This document shows positions 27,630-42,100 of a stretch of 64,000 nucleotides of DNA, one piece after another. Each line of letters starts with the position of its first letter. The first letter of the stretch is position 1. The notes below the pieces were generated by a model, which was not told the DNA's origin, ran no database searches, and saw only the letters and a program-made list of their open reading frames with translations. The translations under genes were made by a program, and so were the position numbers. The stretch is from Balanoglossus misakiensis (taxonomy: Eukaryota; Animalia; Hemichordata): contig CM082590.2 in the NCBI GenBank assembly GCA_040954595.2, positions 11,470,655-11,534,654 on the forward strand, read 5' to 3'.

Positions 27630-29416
27630 ATTATTCTGGATTGAATGATGTCTGTATACCCGCGAAGAAGTGGAAAATGACTTTTGTGTAGCAGTCGAAG
27701 GATCAACTATTTGTATACAATGCATGGCAACTGGAAACAGCTCCTTACAAGCTCTCCCAAGATGTGTTGAAGTCTACTGGTAAAGATGTGGAAAGTGATA
27801 CTTAACTGGTGAGATGTTGAATGAAAACATTATTGTACATGTCAGAACCCCCAAGAAATGTTTAGCTTTTGATTCAATTTTAATTCTGGTCAGAAATCTG
27901 TCTTTTCAGATGGTTGTTGTCTGTTGTTTGTCGGTCACTAAATGACAGAAAGTATTGGTCTGGTCTTGACATTTTTTCCTCTGGGTGTTTATTTATTACT
28001 GTTGTGAATTTATTTCATATTTGTGGAGCAATTTTTTGTGATAAAATCCTCTTTCATTCCAATTATTGTGCCATATCACAGCGATGTTGTCTCAGCTGTT
28101 GTGTCCGTTATTCAGAATTTAATTATACAAGTGAAAATGTTATGGTATTTGTGTTCTCCCACCTCAGAAAACTCAAAACTTTTTGTCAATTCAAGAGAGC
28201 AAGTTAAGAACTAACAATTAGACACAAACTGTCAATTTTTTATTGAAAAAGAACTATCTTCACAATATTTCTCAAATTAAACAAACTTCTGATTAAAGTA
28301 AATATTTTGCATAATATTTCAAGTGAAAGCAAATTGATTTCTTTTCCGACTTCTAGCTGAATTATGCCTAACGGCTTTAATGTCACTTGGGGATTTTTAT
28401 TGAATGATATACATGTACACATCAAATTTTCAGCAAGCCAGCCTGGAGATCAGTGGATACCCACATAGCTCATTTTCATCCATTACACTGCGCGTGTGCA
28501 CTTCACATCATCATTTAGTTAATTTTTTTGTGGGTCCAGTGATCTTCAGGAGAATACCCTTTCAGCCTAATTGTAAGCATAATATTAATCAATATACTAA
28601 CATACATGACAACTAACATAGTAGTATAAGTAGTATTTAGGCTGAAAAGGTATTTGGCAGTAGCTGATGGGATGTGGGCAATTTTAAAACTTTTTAAATC
28701 AAACTGTAAATAGTGACAAATTTGGTCAACCATGCAGTTGATAAACTCAATGGAATTTATTTACATTGCTTGTAATCAAAATTAGATTCAGTTCGTACTT
28801 GCTCTCACAAGACCTGATAAAGACACCATTTTTGGTCAAAACAAACATTATTCATGCAATTTAGTTATTTTTCGTGGTGCTCTAAGTCTGAAGTAGGTCA
28901 TTATGTGTACATAAATCTAAGGGAGAAAAATGTTGGAGCCTATACTAGGAAAAGTATTGTTCCCTTGTACAAGTCTTCAGACTTTGTGATTAATTAAGGT
29001 TTACAATTGTTTGGAAAGCATAAATGTGGACAAATCTATTGTTGAAATGTTCCTCTTTTCTACTGTGCTATGATGAATTCCCTTTATTTCCACCCAATGT
29101 GGAATACAAGAAGGGATTTTTGAGCACAGATGTTAAATTTTTGATACCCTTAATGACATATGTCAGCACATCAGAGATATTAGGTCATTGTAGTATTCAA
29201 AAACTTAAAATGAAAGAAATGTAAAATGCTGATTGGTAGCTTGGTGTTGTGGGAGGGGTGCATGGCACACTTGATGTCCAAGGTTGGTTTGTCTGGCAGT
29301 GATTAGATTTTCTCTGTGTAATATACGGAACACAAATGTAGTTGATTTTAGGAAGCAGTAGAGGTAAACTTTCTGTAATTAATGCATGCTTAACAGCTCC
29401 TTGTAAGTTATTACAG

Positions 29417-29845
29417 ATTGCAGTTATCCCTAGATTGGATGCCGATGTCTGTATACCAGAAAAACAAGTGGAAAGTGATATCCCGAGAGGTAAAGCGTCG
29501 AATCAAGTGATTGGTGATTTTTAGCAAGATGAATTCATGAGTTGATTTGCTCCAACGAATTGAATCAGTATCCGCGGTAATATACTGACAACAAGTCTAC
29601 TTGATTTTTAGCAAGCAGCAGGGTGTGACTCTGGAAAAACAATGCATGCTTAACAACTTCTTGAAAGTTTTTACAGATTGCTGTTATTCCTGGACTTGAT
29701 GCCGATGTCGGTATACCAGAAAAACAAGTGGAAAGTGATATCGCGAGAGGTAAAGTGTCGAATCAAGTGATTGTTGATTTTTAGCAAGATGAATTCATGA
29801 GTTGATTTGAATTGAGTCAGTATCCGCGGTAATATACTGACAAGT
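29417..29845 (+). repeat. Terminal truncated 260-bp array (~1.6 units)
   Basis: One full unit, then a unit with a small internal deletion that ends at ATACTGACAA and runs into near-unique sequence. Confidence 0.9.
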
Positions 29846-30147
29846 AAGTTATTACAGATCTGGCTTTCAAATGAACAAAACATACAGGTTTGCAGTCAAC
29901 ATTTTAACAGTGTATATAGTATTGGAACAAACTGAAACTTAAGTCATTGAATCAGTTTCATACAATATTACCAATTTGTTCATTGATCATGGATATCTGT
30001 TGTTTTGTTAGAGAATGCTGAAGCATGCAGGCTGATTTTGTTAATCCAATGTTTGAATTGGACCAGGACTTGTTCTCCCAGTCACCCAATAAAGTACTTG
30101 CATGATGGCAGATGGACATATCTGGATGTCAAATGAAGAAAACACAG

Positions 30148-33100
30148 GTTCTGGCAGAGACTGGTCCACAACCACGCCCTGTTTCACCGTGCCATTCTGG
30201 CAGAGACTGATCCACAACAACCTTCTGTTTCACCGCGCTGTCCTGGCAGAGAGTGGTAAACAACAACCACCTGTTGCACCGCGCCGTTTTGGCAAAAAAT
30301 TGACCACATCTACGTCCTATTTGACCGTGCCGTTCTGGCAGAAGTTGACCACAACTACGCACTGTTTCACCGCCTCATTCTGGCAGAGACTGATCCACAA
30401 CAACGTTCCGTTTCACCGCGCCGTTCTGCCAAAGACTGATCCACAACAACGTTCCGTTTCACCGCGCTGTTCTGGCTTAAAGTTATCCAGAACTACACCC
30501 TGTTTCACCATGCCGTTCTGCCAGAGACTGGCCACAACAACGTTCTGTTTCACCGCCTCGTTCTGGCAGAGACTGATCCACAACAACCACCTGTTGCACC
30601 GTGCTGTTCTGGCTTAAAGTTATCCAAAACTACACCCTGTTTCACCATGCCGTTCTGCCAGAGACTGGCCACAACAACGTTCTGTTTCACCGCCTCGTTC
30701 TGGCAGAGACTGATCCACAACAACCACCTGTTGCACCGTGCTGTTCTGGCTTAAAGTTATCCAGAACTACGCCCTGTTTCACCATGCCGTTCTGCCATAG
30801 ACTGATCCACAACAACGTTCCGTTTCACCGCCTCGTTCTGGCAGAGACTGATCCACAACAACGTTCCGTTTCACCGCGCCGTTCTGCCAAAGACTGATCT
30901 ACAACAACCACCTGTTGCACCACGCTGTTCTGGCTTAAAGTTATCCAGAACTACGCCCTGTTTCACCATGCCGTTCTGCCATAGACTGATCCACAACAAC
31001 GTTCCGTTTCACCGCCTCGTTCTGGCAGAGACTGATCCACAACAACCACCTGTTGCACCGTGCTTTTCTGGCTTAAAGTTATCCAGAACTACGCCCTGTT
31101 TCACCATGCCGTTCTGCCATAGACTGATCCACAACAACGTTCCGTTTCACCGCACCGTTCTGCCAAAGACTGATCCACAACAACCACCTGTTGCACCGCG
31201 CTGTTCTGGCTTAAAGTTATCCAGAACTACGCCCTGTTTCACCATGCCGTTCTGCCATAGACTGATCCACAACAACGTTCCGTTTCACCGCCTCGTTCTG
31301 GCAGAGACTGATCTACAACAACCACCTGTTGCACCGTGCTTTTCTGGCTTAAAGTTATCCAGAACTACGCCCTGTTTCACCATGCCGTTCTGCCATAGAC
31401 TGATCCACAACAACGTTCCGTTTCACCGCCTCGTTCTGGCAGAGACTGATCCACAACAACCACCTGTTGCACCGTGCTTTTCTGGCTTAAAGTTATCCAG
31501 AACTACACCCTGTTTCACCATGCCGTTCTGCCAGAGACTGGCCACAACAACGTTCTGTTTCACCGCCTCGTTCTGGCAGAGACTGATCCACAACAACCAC
31601 CTGTTGCACCGTGCTGTTCTGGCTTAAAGTTATCCAGAACTACACCCTGTTTCACCATGCCGTTCTGCCAGAGACTGGCCACAACAACGTTCCGTTTCAC
31701 CGCCTCGTTCTGGCAGAGACTGATCCACAACAACCACCTGTTGCACCGTGCTGTTTTGGCTTAAAGTTATCCAGAACTACGCCCTGTTTCACCATGCCGT
31801 TCTGCCATAGACTGATCCACAACAACGTTCCGTTTCACCGCCTCGTTCTGGCAGAGACTGATCTACAACAACCACCTGTTGCACCACGCTGTTCTGGCTT
31901 AAAGTTATCCAGAACTACGCCCTGTTCCACCATGCCGTTCTGCCAAAGACTAATCCACAACAACCACCTGTTGCATCGTGCTGTTCTGGCTTAAAGTTAT
32001 CCAGAACTACGCCCTGTTTCACCATGCCGTTCTGCCATAGACTGATCCACAACAACGTTCCGTTTCACCGCCTCGTTCTGGCAGAGACTGATCCACAACA
32101 ACCACCTGTTGCACCGTGCTGTTCTGGCTTAAAGTTATCCAGAACTACGCCCTGTATCACCATGCCGTTCTGCCAAAGACTAATCCACAACAACCACCTG
32201 TTGCATCGTGCTGTTCTGGCTTAAAGTTATCCAGAACTACGCCCTGTTTCACCATGCCGTTCTGCCAAAGACTGATCCACAACAACGTTCCGTTTCACCG
32301 CCTCGTTCTGGCAGAGACTGATCCACAACAACCACCTGTTGCACCGTGCTGTTCTGGCTTAAAGTTATCCAGAACTACGCCCTGTATCACCATGCCGTTC
32401 TGCCAAAGACTAATCCACAACAACCACCTGTTGCATCGTGCTGTTCTGGCTTAAAGTTATCCAGAACTACGCCCTGTTTCACCATGCCGTTCTGCCATAG
32501 ACTGATCCACAACAACGTTCCGTTTCACCGCCTCGTTCTGGCAGAGACTGATCCACAACAACCACCTGTTGCACCGTGCTGTTCTGGCTTAAAGTTATCC
32601 AGAACTACGCCCTGTTCCACCATGCCGTTCTGCCATAGACTGATCCACAACAACGTTCCGTTTCACCGCCTCATTCTGGCAGAGACTGATCCACAACAAC
32701 CACCTGTTGCACCGTGCTGTTCTGGCTTAAAGTTATCCAGAACTACGCCCTGTTTCACCATGCCGTTCTGCCATAGACTGATCCACAACAACGTTCTGTT
32801 TCACCGCCTCATTCTGGCAGAGACTGATCCACAACAACCACCTGTTGCACCGTGCTGTTCTGGCTTAAAGTTATCCAGAACTACGCCCTGTTTCACCATG
32901 CCGTTCTGCCATAGACTGATCCACAACAACGTTCCGTTTCACCGCCTCATTCTGGCAGAGACTGATCCACAACAACCACCTGTTGCACCGTGCTGTTCTG
33001 GCTTAAAGTTATCCAGAACTACGCCCTGTTTCACCATGCCGTTCTGCCAGAGACTGATCCTCAACAACGTTCTGTTTCACCGCCTCATTCTGGCAGAGAC

Positions 33101-36100
33101 TGATCCACAACAACCACCTGTTGCACCGTGCTGTTCTGGCTTAAAGTTATCCAGAACTACGCCCTGTTTCACCATGCCGTTCTGCCATAGACTGATCCAC
33201 AACAACGTTCCGTTTCACCGCCTCGTTCTGGCAGAGACTGATCCACAACAACCACCTGTTGCACCGTGCTGTTCTGGCTTAAAGTTATCCAGAACTACGC
33301 CCTGTTTCACCATGCCGTTCTGCCAGAGACTGATCCACAACAACGTTCCGTTTCACCGCCTCATTCTGGCAGAGACTGATCCACAACAACCACCTGTTGC
33401 ACCGTGCTGTTCTGGCTTAAAGTTATCCAGAACTACGCCCTGTTTCACCATGCCGTTCTGCCAGAGACTGATCCACAACAACGTTCCGTTTCACCGCCTC
33501 ATTCTGGCAGAGACTGATCCACAACAACCACCTGTTGCACCGTGCTGTTCTGGCTTAAAGTTATCCAGAACTACGCCCTGTTTCACCATGCCGTTCTGCC
33601 ATAGACTGATCCACAACAACGTTCCGTTTCACCGCCTCATTCTGGCAGAGACTGATCCACAACAACCACCTGTTGCACCGTGCTGTTCTGGCTTAAAGTT
33701 ATCAAGAACTACGCCCTGTTTCACCATGCCGTTCTGCCATAGACTGATCCACAACAACGTTCCGTTTCACCGCCTCGTTCTGGCAGAGACTGATCCACAA
33801 CAACCACCTGTTGCACCGTGCTGTTCTGGCTTAAAGTTATCCAGAACTACGCCCTGTTTCACCATGCCGTTCTGCCATAGACTGATCCACAACAACGTTC
33901 TGTTTCACCGCCTCATTCTGGCAGAGACTGATCCACAACAACCACCTGTTGCACCGTGCTGTTCTGGCTTAAAGTTATCCAGAACTACGCCCTGTTTCAC
34001 CATGCCGTTCTGCCATAGACTGATCCACAACAACGTTCTGTTTCACCGCCTCATTCTGGCAGAGACTGATCCACAACAACCACCTGTTGCATCGTGCTGT
34101 TCTGGCTTAAAGTTATCCAGAACTACGCCCTGTTTCACCATGCCGTTCTGCCATAGACTGATCCACAACAACGTTCTGTTTCACCGCCTCGTTCTGGCAG
34201 AGACTGATCCACAACAACCACCTGTTGCACCGTGCTGTTCTGGCTTAAAGTTATCCAGAACTACACCCTGTTTCGCCGCACCGTTCTGCCATAGACTGAT
34301 CCACAACAACGTTCTGTTTCACCGCCTCGTTCTGGCAGAGACTGATCCACAACAACCACCTGTTGCACCACGCTGTTCTGGCTTAAAGTTATCCAGAACT
34401 ACGCCCTGTTTCACCATGCCGTTCTGCCATAGACTGATCCACAACAACGTTCCGTTTCACCGCCTCGTTCTGGCAGAGACTGATCCACAACAACCACCTG
34501 TTGCACCGTGCTTTTCTGGCTTAAAGTTATCCAGAACTACGCCCTGTTTCACCATGCCGTTCTGCCATAGACTGATCCACAACAACGTTCCGTTTCACCG
34601 CCTCGTTCTGGCAGAGACTGATCCACAACAACCACCTGTAGCACCGTGCTGTTCTGGCTTAAAGTTATCCAGAACTACGCCCTGTTTCACCATGCCGTTC
34701 TGCCATAGACTGATCCACAACAACGTTCTGTTTCACCGCCTCATTCTGGCAGAGACTGATCCACAACAACCACCTGTAGCACCGTGCTGTTCTGGCTTAA
34801 AGTTATCCAGAACTACGCCCTGTTTCACCATGCCGTTCTGCCATAGACTGATCCACAACAACGTTCCGTTTCACCGCCTCGTTCTGGCAGAGACTGATCT
34901 ACAACAACCACCTGTTGCACCGTGCTTTTCTGGCTTAAAGTTATCCAGAACTACGCCCTGTTTCACCATGCCGTTCTGCCATAGACTGATCCACAACAAC
35001 GTTCCGTTTCACCGCCTCGTTCTGGCAGAGACTGATCCACAACAACCACCTGTTGCACCGTGCTTTTCTGGCTTAAAGTTATCCAGAACTACGCCCTGTT
35101 TCACCATGCCGTTCTGCCATAGACTGATCCACAACAACGTTCCGTTTCACCGCCTCGTTCTGGCAGAGACTGATGCACAACAATGTTCCGTTTCACCGCC
35201 TCATTCTGGCAGAGACTGATCCACAACAACCACCTGTTGCACCGTGCTGTTCTGGCTTAAAGTTATCCAGAACTACGCCCTGTTTCACCATGCCGTTCTG
35301 CCATAGACTGATCCACAACAACGTTCCGTTTCACCGCCTCGTTCTGGCAGAGACTGATCTACAACAACCACCTGTTGCACCGTGCTTTTCTGGCTTAAAG
35401 TTATCCAGAACTACGCCCTGTTTCACCATGCCGTTCTGCCATAGACTGATCCACAACAACGTTCCGTTTCACCGCCTCGTTCTGGCAGAGACTGATCCAC
35501 AACAACCACCTGTTGCACCGTGCTGTTCTGGCTTAAAGTTATCCAGAACTACGCCCTGTTCCACCATGCCGTTCTGCCATAGACTGATCCACAACAACGT
35601 TCCGTTTCACCGCGCCGTTCTGCCAAAGACTAATCCACAACAACCACCTGTTGCACCGTGCTGTTCTGGCTTAAAGTTATCCAGAACTACGCCCTGTTTC
35701 ACCATGCCGTTCTGCCATAGACTGATCCACAACAACGTTCCGTTTCACCGCCTCGTTCTGGCAGAGACTGATCTACAACAACCACCTGTTGCACCGTGCT
35801 GTTCTGGCTTAAAGTTATCCAGAACTACGCCCTGTTTCACCATGCCGTTCTGCCATAGACTGATCCACAACAACGTTCTGTTTCACCGCCTCGTTCTGGC
35901 AGAGACTGATCCACAACAACCACCTGTTGCACCGTGCTGTTCTGGCTTAAAGTTATCCAGAACTACGCCCTGTTCCACCATGCCGTTCTGCCATAGACTG
36001 ATCCACAACAACGTTCCGTTTCACCGCCTCGTTCTGGCAGAGACTGATCCACAACAACCACCTGTTGCACCGTGCTGTTCTGGCTTAAAGTTATCCAGAA

Positions 36101-39100
36101 CTACGCCCTGTTTCACCATGCCGTTCTGCCATAGACTGATCCACAACAACGTTCCGTTTCACCGCACCGTTCTGCCAAAGACTGATCCACAACAACCACC
36201 TGTTGCACCGTGCTGTTCTGGCTTAAAGTTATCCAGAACTACGCCCTGTTCCACCATGCCGTTCTGCCATAGACTGATCCACAACAACGTTCCGTTTCAC
36301 CGCGCCGTTCTGCCAAAGACTAATCCACAACAACCACCTGTTGCACCGTGCTGTTCTGGCTTAAAGTTATCCAGAACTACGCCCTGTTTCACCATGCCGT
36401 TCTGCCATAGACTGATCCACAACAACGTTCCGTTTCACCGCCTCGTTCTGGCAGAGACTGATCTACAACAACCACCTGTTGCACCGTGCTGTTCTGGCTT
36501 AAAGTTATCCAGAACTACGCCCTGTTTCACCATGCCGTTCTGCCATAGACTGATCCACAACAACGTTCTGTTTCACCGCCTCGTTCTGGCAGAGACTGAT
36601 CCACAACAACCACCTGTTGCACCGTGCTGTTCTGGCTTAAAGTTATCCAGAACTACGCCCTGTTCCACCATGCCGTTCTGCCATAGACTGATCCACAACA
36701 ACATTCCGTTTCACCGCCTCGTTCTGGCAGAGACTGATCGACAACAACGTTCCGTTTCACCGCGCCGTTCTGCCAAAGACTGATCCACAACAACCACCTG
36801 TTGCACCGTGCTGTTCTGGCTTAAAGTTATCCAGAACTACGCCCTGTTTCACCATGCCGTTCTGCCATAGACTGATCCACAACAACGTTCTGTTTCACCG
36901 CCTCATTCTGGCAGAGACTGATCCACAACAACCACCTGTTGCACCGTGCTGTTCTGGCTTAAAGTTATCCAGAACTACGCCCTGTTTCACCATGCCGTTC
37001 TGCCATAGACTGATCCACAACAACGTTCCGTTTCACCGCGCCGTTCTGCCAAAGACTGATCCACAACAACCACCTGTTGCACCGTGCTGTTCTGGCTTAA
37101 AGTTATCCAGAACTACGCCCTGTTTCACCATGCCGTTCTGCCATAGACTGATCCACAACAACGTTCTGTTTCACCGCCTCGTTCTGCCAAAGACTGATCC
37201 ACAACAACCACCTGTTGCACCGTGCTGTTCTGGCTTAAAGTTATCCAGAACTACGCCCTGTTTCACCATGCCGTTCTGCCATAGACTGATCCACAACAAC
37301 GTTCTGTTTCACCGCCTCGTTCTGGCAGAGACTGATCCACAACAACCACCTGTTGCACCACGCTGTTCTGGCTTAAAGTTATCCAGAACTACGCCCTGTT
37401 TCACCATGCCGTTCTGCCATAGACTGATCCACAACAACGTTCTGTTTCACCGCCTCGTTCTGGCAGAGACTGATCCACAACAACGTTCCGTTTCACCGCG
37501 CCGTTCTGCCAAAGACTGATCTACAACAACCACCTGTTGCACCACGCTGTTCTGGCTTAAAGTTATCCAGAACTACGCCCTGTTTCACCATGCCGTTCTG
37601 CCATAGACTGATCCACAACAACGTTCCGTTTCACCGCCTCGTTCTGGCAGAGACTGATCTACAACAACCACCTGTTGCACCACGCTGTTCTGGCTTAAAG
37701 TTATCCAGAACTACGCCCTGTTTCACCATGCCGTTCTGCCATAGACTGATCCACAACAACGTTCTGTTTCACCGCCTCGTTCTGGCAGAGACTGATCCAC
37801 AACAACGTTCCGTTTCACCGCCTCGTTCTGGCAGAGACTGACCCACAACAACGTTCCGTTTCACCGCGCCGTTCTGCCAAAGACTGATCTACAACAACCA
37901 CCTGTTGCACCACGCTGTTCTGGCTTAAAGTTATCCAGAACTACGCCCTGTTTCACCATGCCGTTCTGCCATAGACTGATCCACAACAACGTTCCGTTTC
38001 ACCGCCTCGTTCTGGCAGAGACTGATCCACAACAACGTTCCGTTTCACCGCGCCGTTCTGCCAAAGACTGATCTACAACAACCACCTGTTGCACCACGCT
38101 GTTCTGGCTTAAAGTTATCCAGAACTACGCCCTGTTTCACCATGCCGTTCTGCCATAGACTGATCCACAACAACGTTCCGTTTCACCGCCTCGTTCTGGC
38201 AGAGACTGATCTACAACAACCACCTGTTGCACCACGCTGTTCTGGCTTAAAGTTATCTAGAACTACGCCCTGTTTCAACATGCCGTTCTGCCATAGACTG
38301 ATCCACAACAACGTTCCGTTTCACCGCCTCGTTCTGGCAGAGACTGATCCACAACAACGTTCCGTTTCACCGCGCCGTTCTGCCAAAGACTGATCTACAA
38401 CAACCACCTGTTGCACCACGCTGTTCTGGCTTAAAGTTATCCAGAACTACGCCCTGTTTCACCATGCCGTTCTGCCATAGACTGATCCACAACAACGTTC
38501 TGTTTCACCGCCTCGTTCTGGCAGAGACTGATCCACAACAACCACCTGTTGCACCGTGCTGTTCTGGCTTAAAGTTATCCAGAACTACGCCCTGTTTCAC
38601 CATGCCGTTCTGCCATAGACTGATCCACAACAACGTTCCGTTTCACCGCCTCGTTCTGGCAGAGACTGATCCACAACAACCACCTGTTGCACCGTGCTGT
38701 TCTGGCTTAAAGTTATCCACAACTACGCCCTGTTTCACCATGCCGTTCTGCCATAGACTGATCCACAACAACGTTCCGTTTCACCGCCTCGTTCTGGCAG
38801 AGACTGATCCACAACAACCACCTGTTGCACCGTGCTGTTCTGGCTTAAACTTATCCACAACTACGCCCTGTTTCACCGCGCCGTTCTGCCAAAGACTGAT
38901 CCACAACAACGTTCCGTTTCACCGCCTCGTTCTGGCAGAGACTGATCCACAACAACCACCTGTTGCATCGTGCTGTTCTGGCTTAAAGTTATCCAGAACT
39001 ACGCCCTGTTTCACCATGCCGTTCTGCCATAGACTGATCCACAACAACGTTCTGTTTCACCGCCTCGTTCTGGCAGAGACTGATCCACAACAACCACCTG

Positions 39101-42100
39101 TTGCACCGTGCTGTTCTGGCTTAAACTTATCCACAACTACGCCCTGTTTCACCGCGCCGTTCTGCCAAAGACTGATCCACAACAACGTTCCGTTTCACCG
39201 CCTCGTTCTGGCAGAGACTGATCCACAACAACCACCTGTTGCATCGTGCTGTTCTGGCTTAAAGTTATCCAGAACTACGCCCTGTTTCACCATGCCGTTC
39301 TGCCATAGACTGATCCACAACAACGTTCTGTTTCACCGCCTCGTTCTGGCAGAGACTGATCCACAACAACCACCTGTTGCACCGTGCTGTTCTGGCTTAA
39401 AGTTATCCAGAACTACGCCCTGTTTCACCATGCCGTTCTGCCATAGACTGATCCACAACAACCACCTGTTGCACCGTGCTGTTCTGGCTTAAAGTTATCC
39501 AGAACTACGCCCTGTTTCACCATGCCGTTCTGCCATAGACTGATCCACAACAACGTTCTGTTTCACCGCCTCGTTCTGGCAGAGACTGATCCACAACAAC
39601 CACCTGTTGCACCGTGCTGTTCTGGCTTAAACTTATCCACAACTACGCCCTGTTTCACCGCGCCGTTCTGCCAAAGACTGATCCACAACAACGTTCCGTT
39701 TCACCGCCTCGTTCTGGCAGAGACTGATCCACAACAACCACCTGTTGCATCGTGCTGTTCTGGCTTAAAGTTATCCAGAACTACGCCCTGTTTCACCATG
39801 CCGTTCTGCCATAGACTGATCCACAACAACGTTCTGTTTCACCGCCTCGTTCTGGCAGAGACTGATCCACAACAACCACCTGTTGCACCGTGCTGTTCTG
39901 GCTTAAAGTTATCCAGAACTACGCCCTGTTTCACCGCGCCGTTCTGCCATAGACTGATCCACAACAACCACCTGTTGCACCGTGCTGTTCTGGCTTAAAG
40001 TTATCCAGAACTACGCCCTGTTTCACCATGCCGTTCTGCCATAGACTGATCCACAACAACGTTCTGTTTCACCGCCTCGTTCTGGCAGAGACTGATCCAC
40101 AACAACCACCTGTTACATCGTGCTGTTCTGGCTTAAAGTTATCCAGAACTACGCCCTGTTTCACCATGCCGTTCTGCCATAGACTGATCCACAACAACGT
40201 TCCGTTTCACCGCACCGTTCTGCCATAGACTGATCCACCACAACGTTCCGTTTCACCGCCTCGTTCTGGCAAAGACTGATCCACAACATCCACCTGTTGC
40301 ACCACGCTGTTCTGGCATAAAGTTATCCAGAACTACGCCCTGTTTCACCATGCCGTTCTGCCATAGACTGATCCACAACAACGCTCCGTTTCACCGCGCC
40401 GTTCTGCCAAAGACTGATCCACAACAACCACCTGTTGCACCACGCTGTTCTGGCTTAAAGTTATCCAGAACTACGCCCTGTTTCACCATGCCGTTCTGCC
40501 ATAGACTGATCCACAACAACGTTCCGTTTCACCGCACCGTTCTGCCAAAGACTGATCCACAACAACCACCTGTTGCATCGTGCTGTTCTGGCTTAAAGTT
40601 ATCAAGAACTACGCCCTGTTTCACCATGCCGTTCTGCCATAGACTGATCCACAACAACGTTCCGTTTCACCGCCTCGTTCTGGCAGAGACTGATGCACAA
40701 CAACCACCTGTTGCACCGTGCTGTTCTGGCTTAAAGTTATCCAGAACTACGCCCTGTTTCACCATGCCGTTCTGCCATAGACTGATCCACAACAACGTTC
40801 TGTTTCACCGCCTCATTCTGGCAGAGACTGATCTACAACAACCACCTGTTGCACCGTGCTGTTCTGGCTTAAAGTTATCCAGAACTACGCCCTGTTTCAC
40901 CATGCCGTTCTGCCATAGACTGATCCACAACAACGTTCTGTTTCACCGCCTCATTCTGGCAGAGACTGATCTACAACAACCACCTGTTGCATCGTGCTGT
41001 TCTGGCTTAAAGTTATCCAGAACTACGCCCTGTTTCACCATGCCGTTCTGCCATAGACTGATCCACAACAACGTTCCGTTTCACCGCCTCGTTCTGGCAG
41101 AGACTGATCCACAACAACCACCTGTTGCACCGTGCTGTTCTGGCTTAAAGTTATCCAGAACTACGCCCTGTTCCACCATGCCGTTCTGCCATAGACTGAT
41201 CCACAACAACGTTCCGTTTCACCGCCTCGTTCTGGCAGAGACTGATCCACAACAACCACCTGTTGCATCGTGCTGTTCTGGCTTAAAGTTATCCAGAACT
41301 ACGCCCTGTTTCACCATGCCGTTCTGCCATAGACTGATCCACAACAACGTTCCGTTTCACCGCCTCGTTCTGGCAGAGACTGATGCACAACATGCACCTG
41401 TTGCACCGTGCTGTTCTGGCTTAAAGTTATCCAGAACTACGCCCTGTTTCACCATGCCGTTCTGCCATAGACTGATCCACAACAACGTTCCGTTTCACCG
41501 CCTCGTTCTGGCAGAGACTGATCCACAACAACCACCTGTTGCACCGTGCTGTTCTGGCTTAAAGTTATCCAGAACTACGCCCTGTTTCACCATGCCGTTC
41601 TGCCATAGACTGATCCACAACAACGTTCCGTTTCACCGCCTCGTTCTGGCAGAGACTGATCTACAACAACCACCTGTTGCACCACGCTGTTCTGGCTTAA
41701 AGTTATCCAGAACTACGCCCTGTTTCACCATGCCGTTCTGCCATAGACTGATCCACAACAACGTTCCGTTTCACCGCCTCGTTCTGGCAGAGACTGATCC
41801 ACAACAACCACCTGTTGCACCGTGCTGTTCTGGCTTAAAGTTATCCAGAACTACGCCCTGTTTCACCATGCCGTTCTGCCATAGACTGATCCACAACAAC
41901 GTTCCGTTTCACCGCCTCGTTCTGGCAGAGACTGATCCACAACAACCACCTGTTGCACCGTGCTGTTCTGGCTTAAAGTTATCCAGAACTACGCCCTGTT
42001 CCACCATGCCGTTCTGCCATAGACTGATCCACAACAACGTTCCGTTTCACCGCCTCATTCTGGCAGAGACTGATCCACAACAACCACCTGTTGCACCGTG

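Larger units (their letters stand above)
1..29845. repeat. Nested macrosatellite: ~1786-bp spacer plus a variable number of 260-bp units; 7 complete periods and partial ends
   Basis: A spacer marker (the 66-aa ORF) recurs at 266, 3611, 7399, 12565, 16431, 21812, 25678, 29024. Periods 3345, 3788, 5166, 3866, 5381, 3866, 3346 equal 1786+260n with n=6,8,13,8,14,8,6 after allowing for 1-, 78- and 45-bp deletions. Confidence 0.97.

Noticed and set aside
912-27706. Recurrent 81-aa minus-strand ORFs (MLSMHCF...) and the 60-97-aa spacer ORFs
   Set aside because: Many start at non-ATG codons, many units carry stops, no domain is recognisable, and recurrence is explained by the repeat itself.
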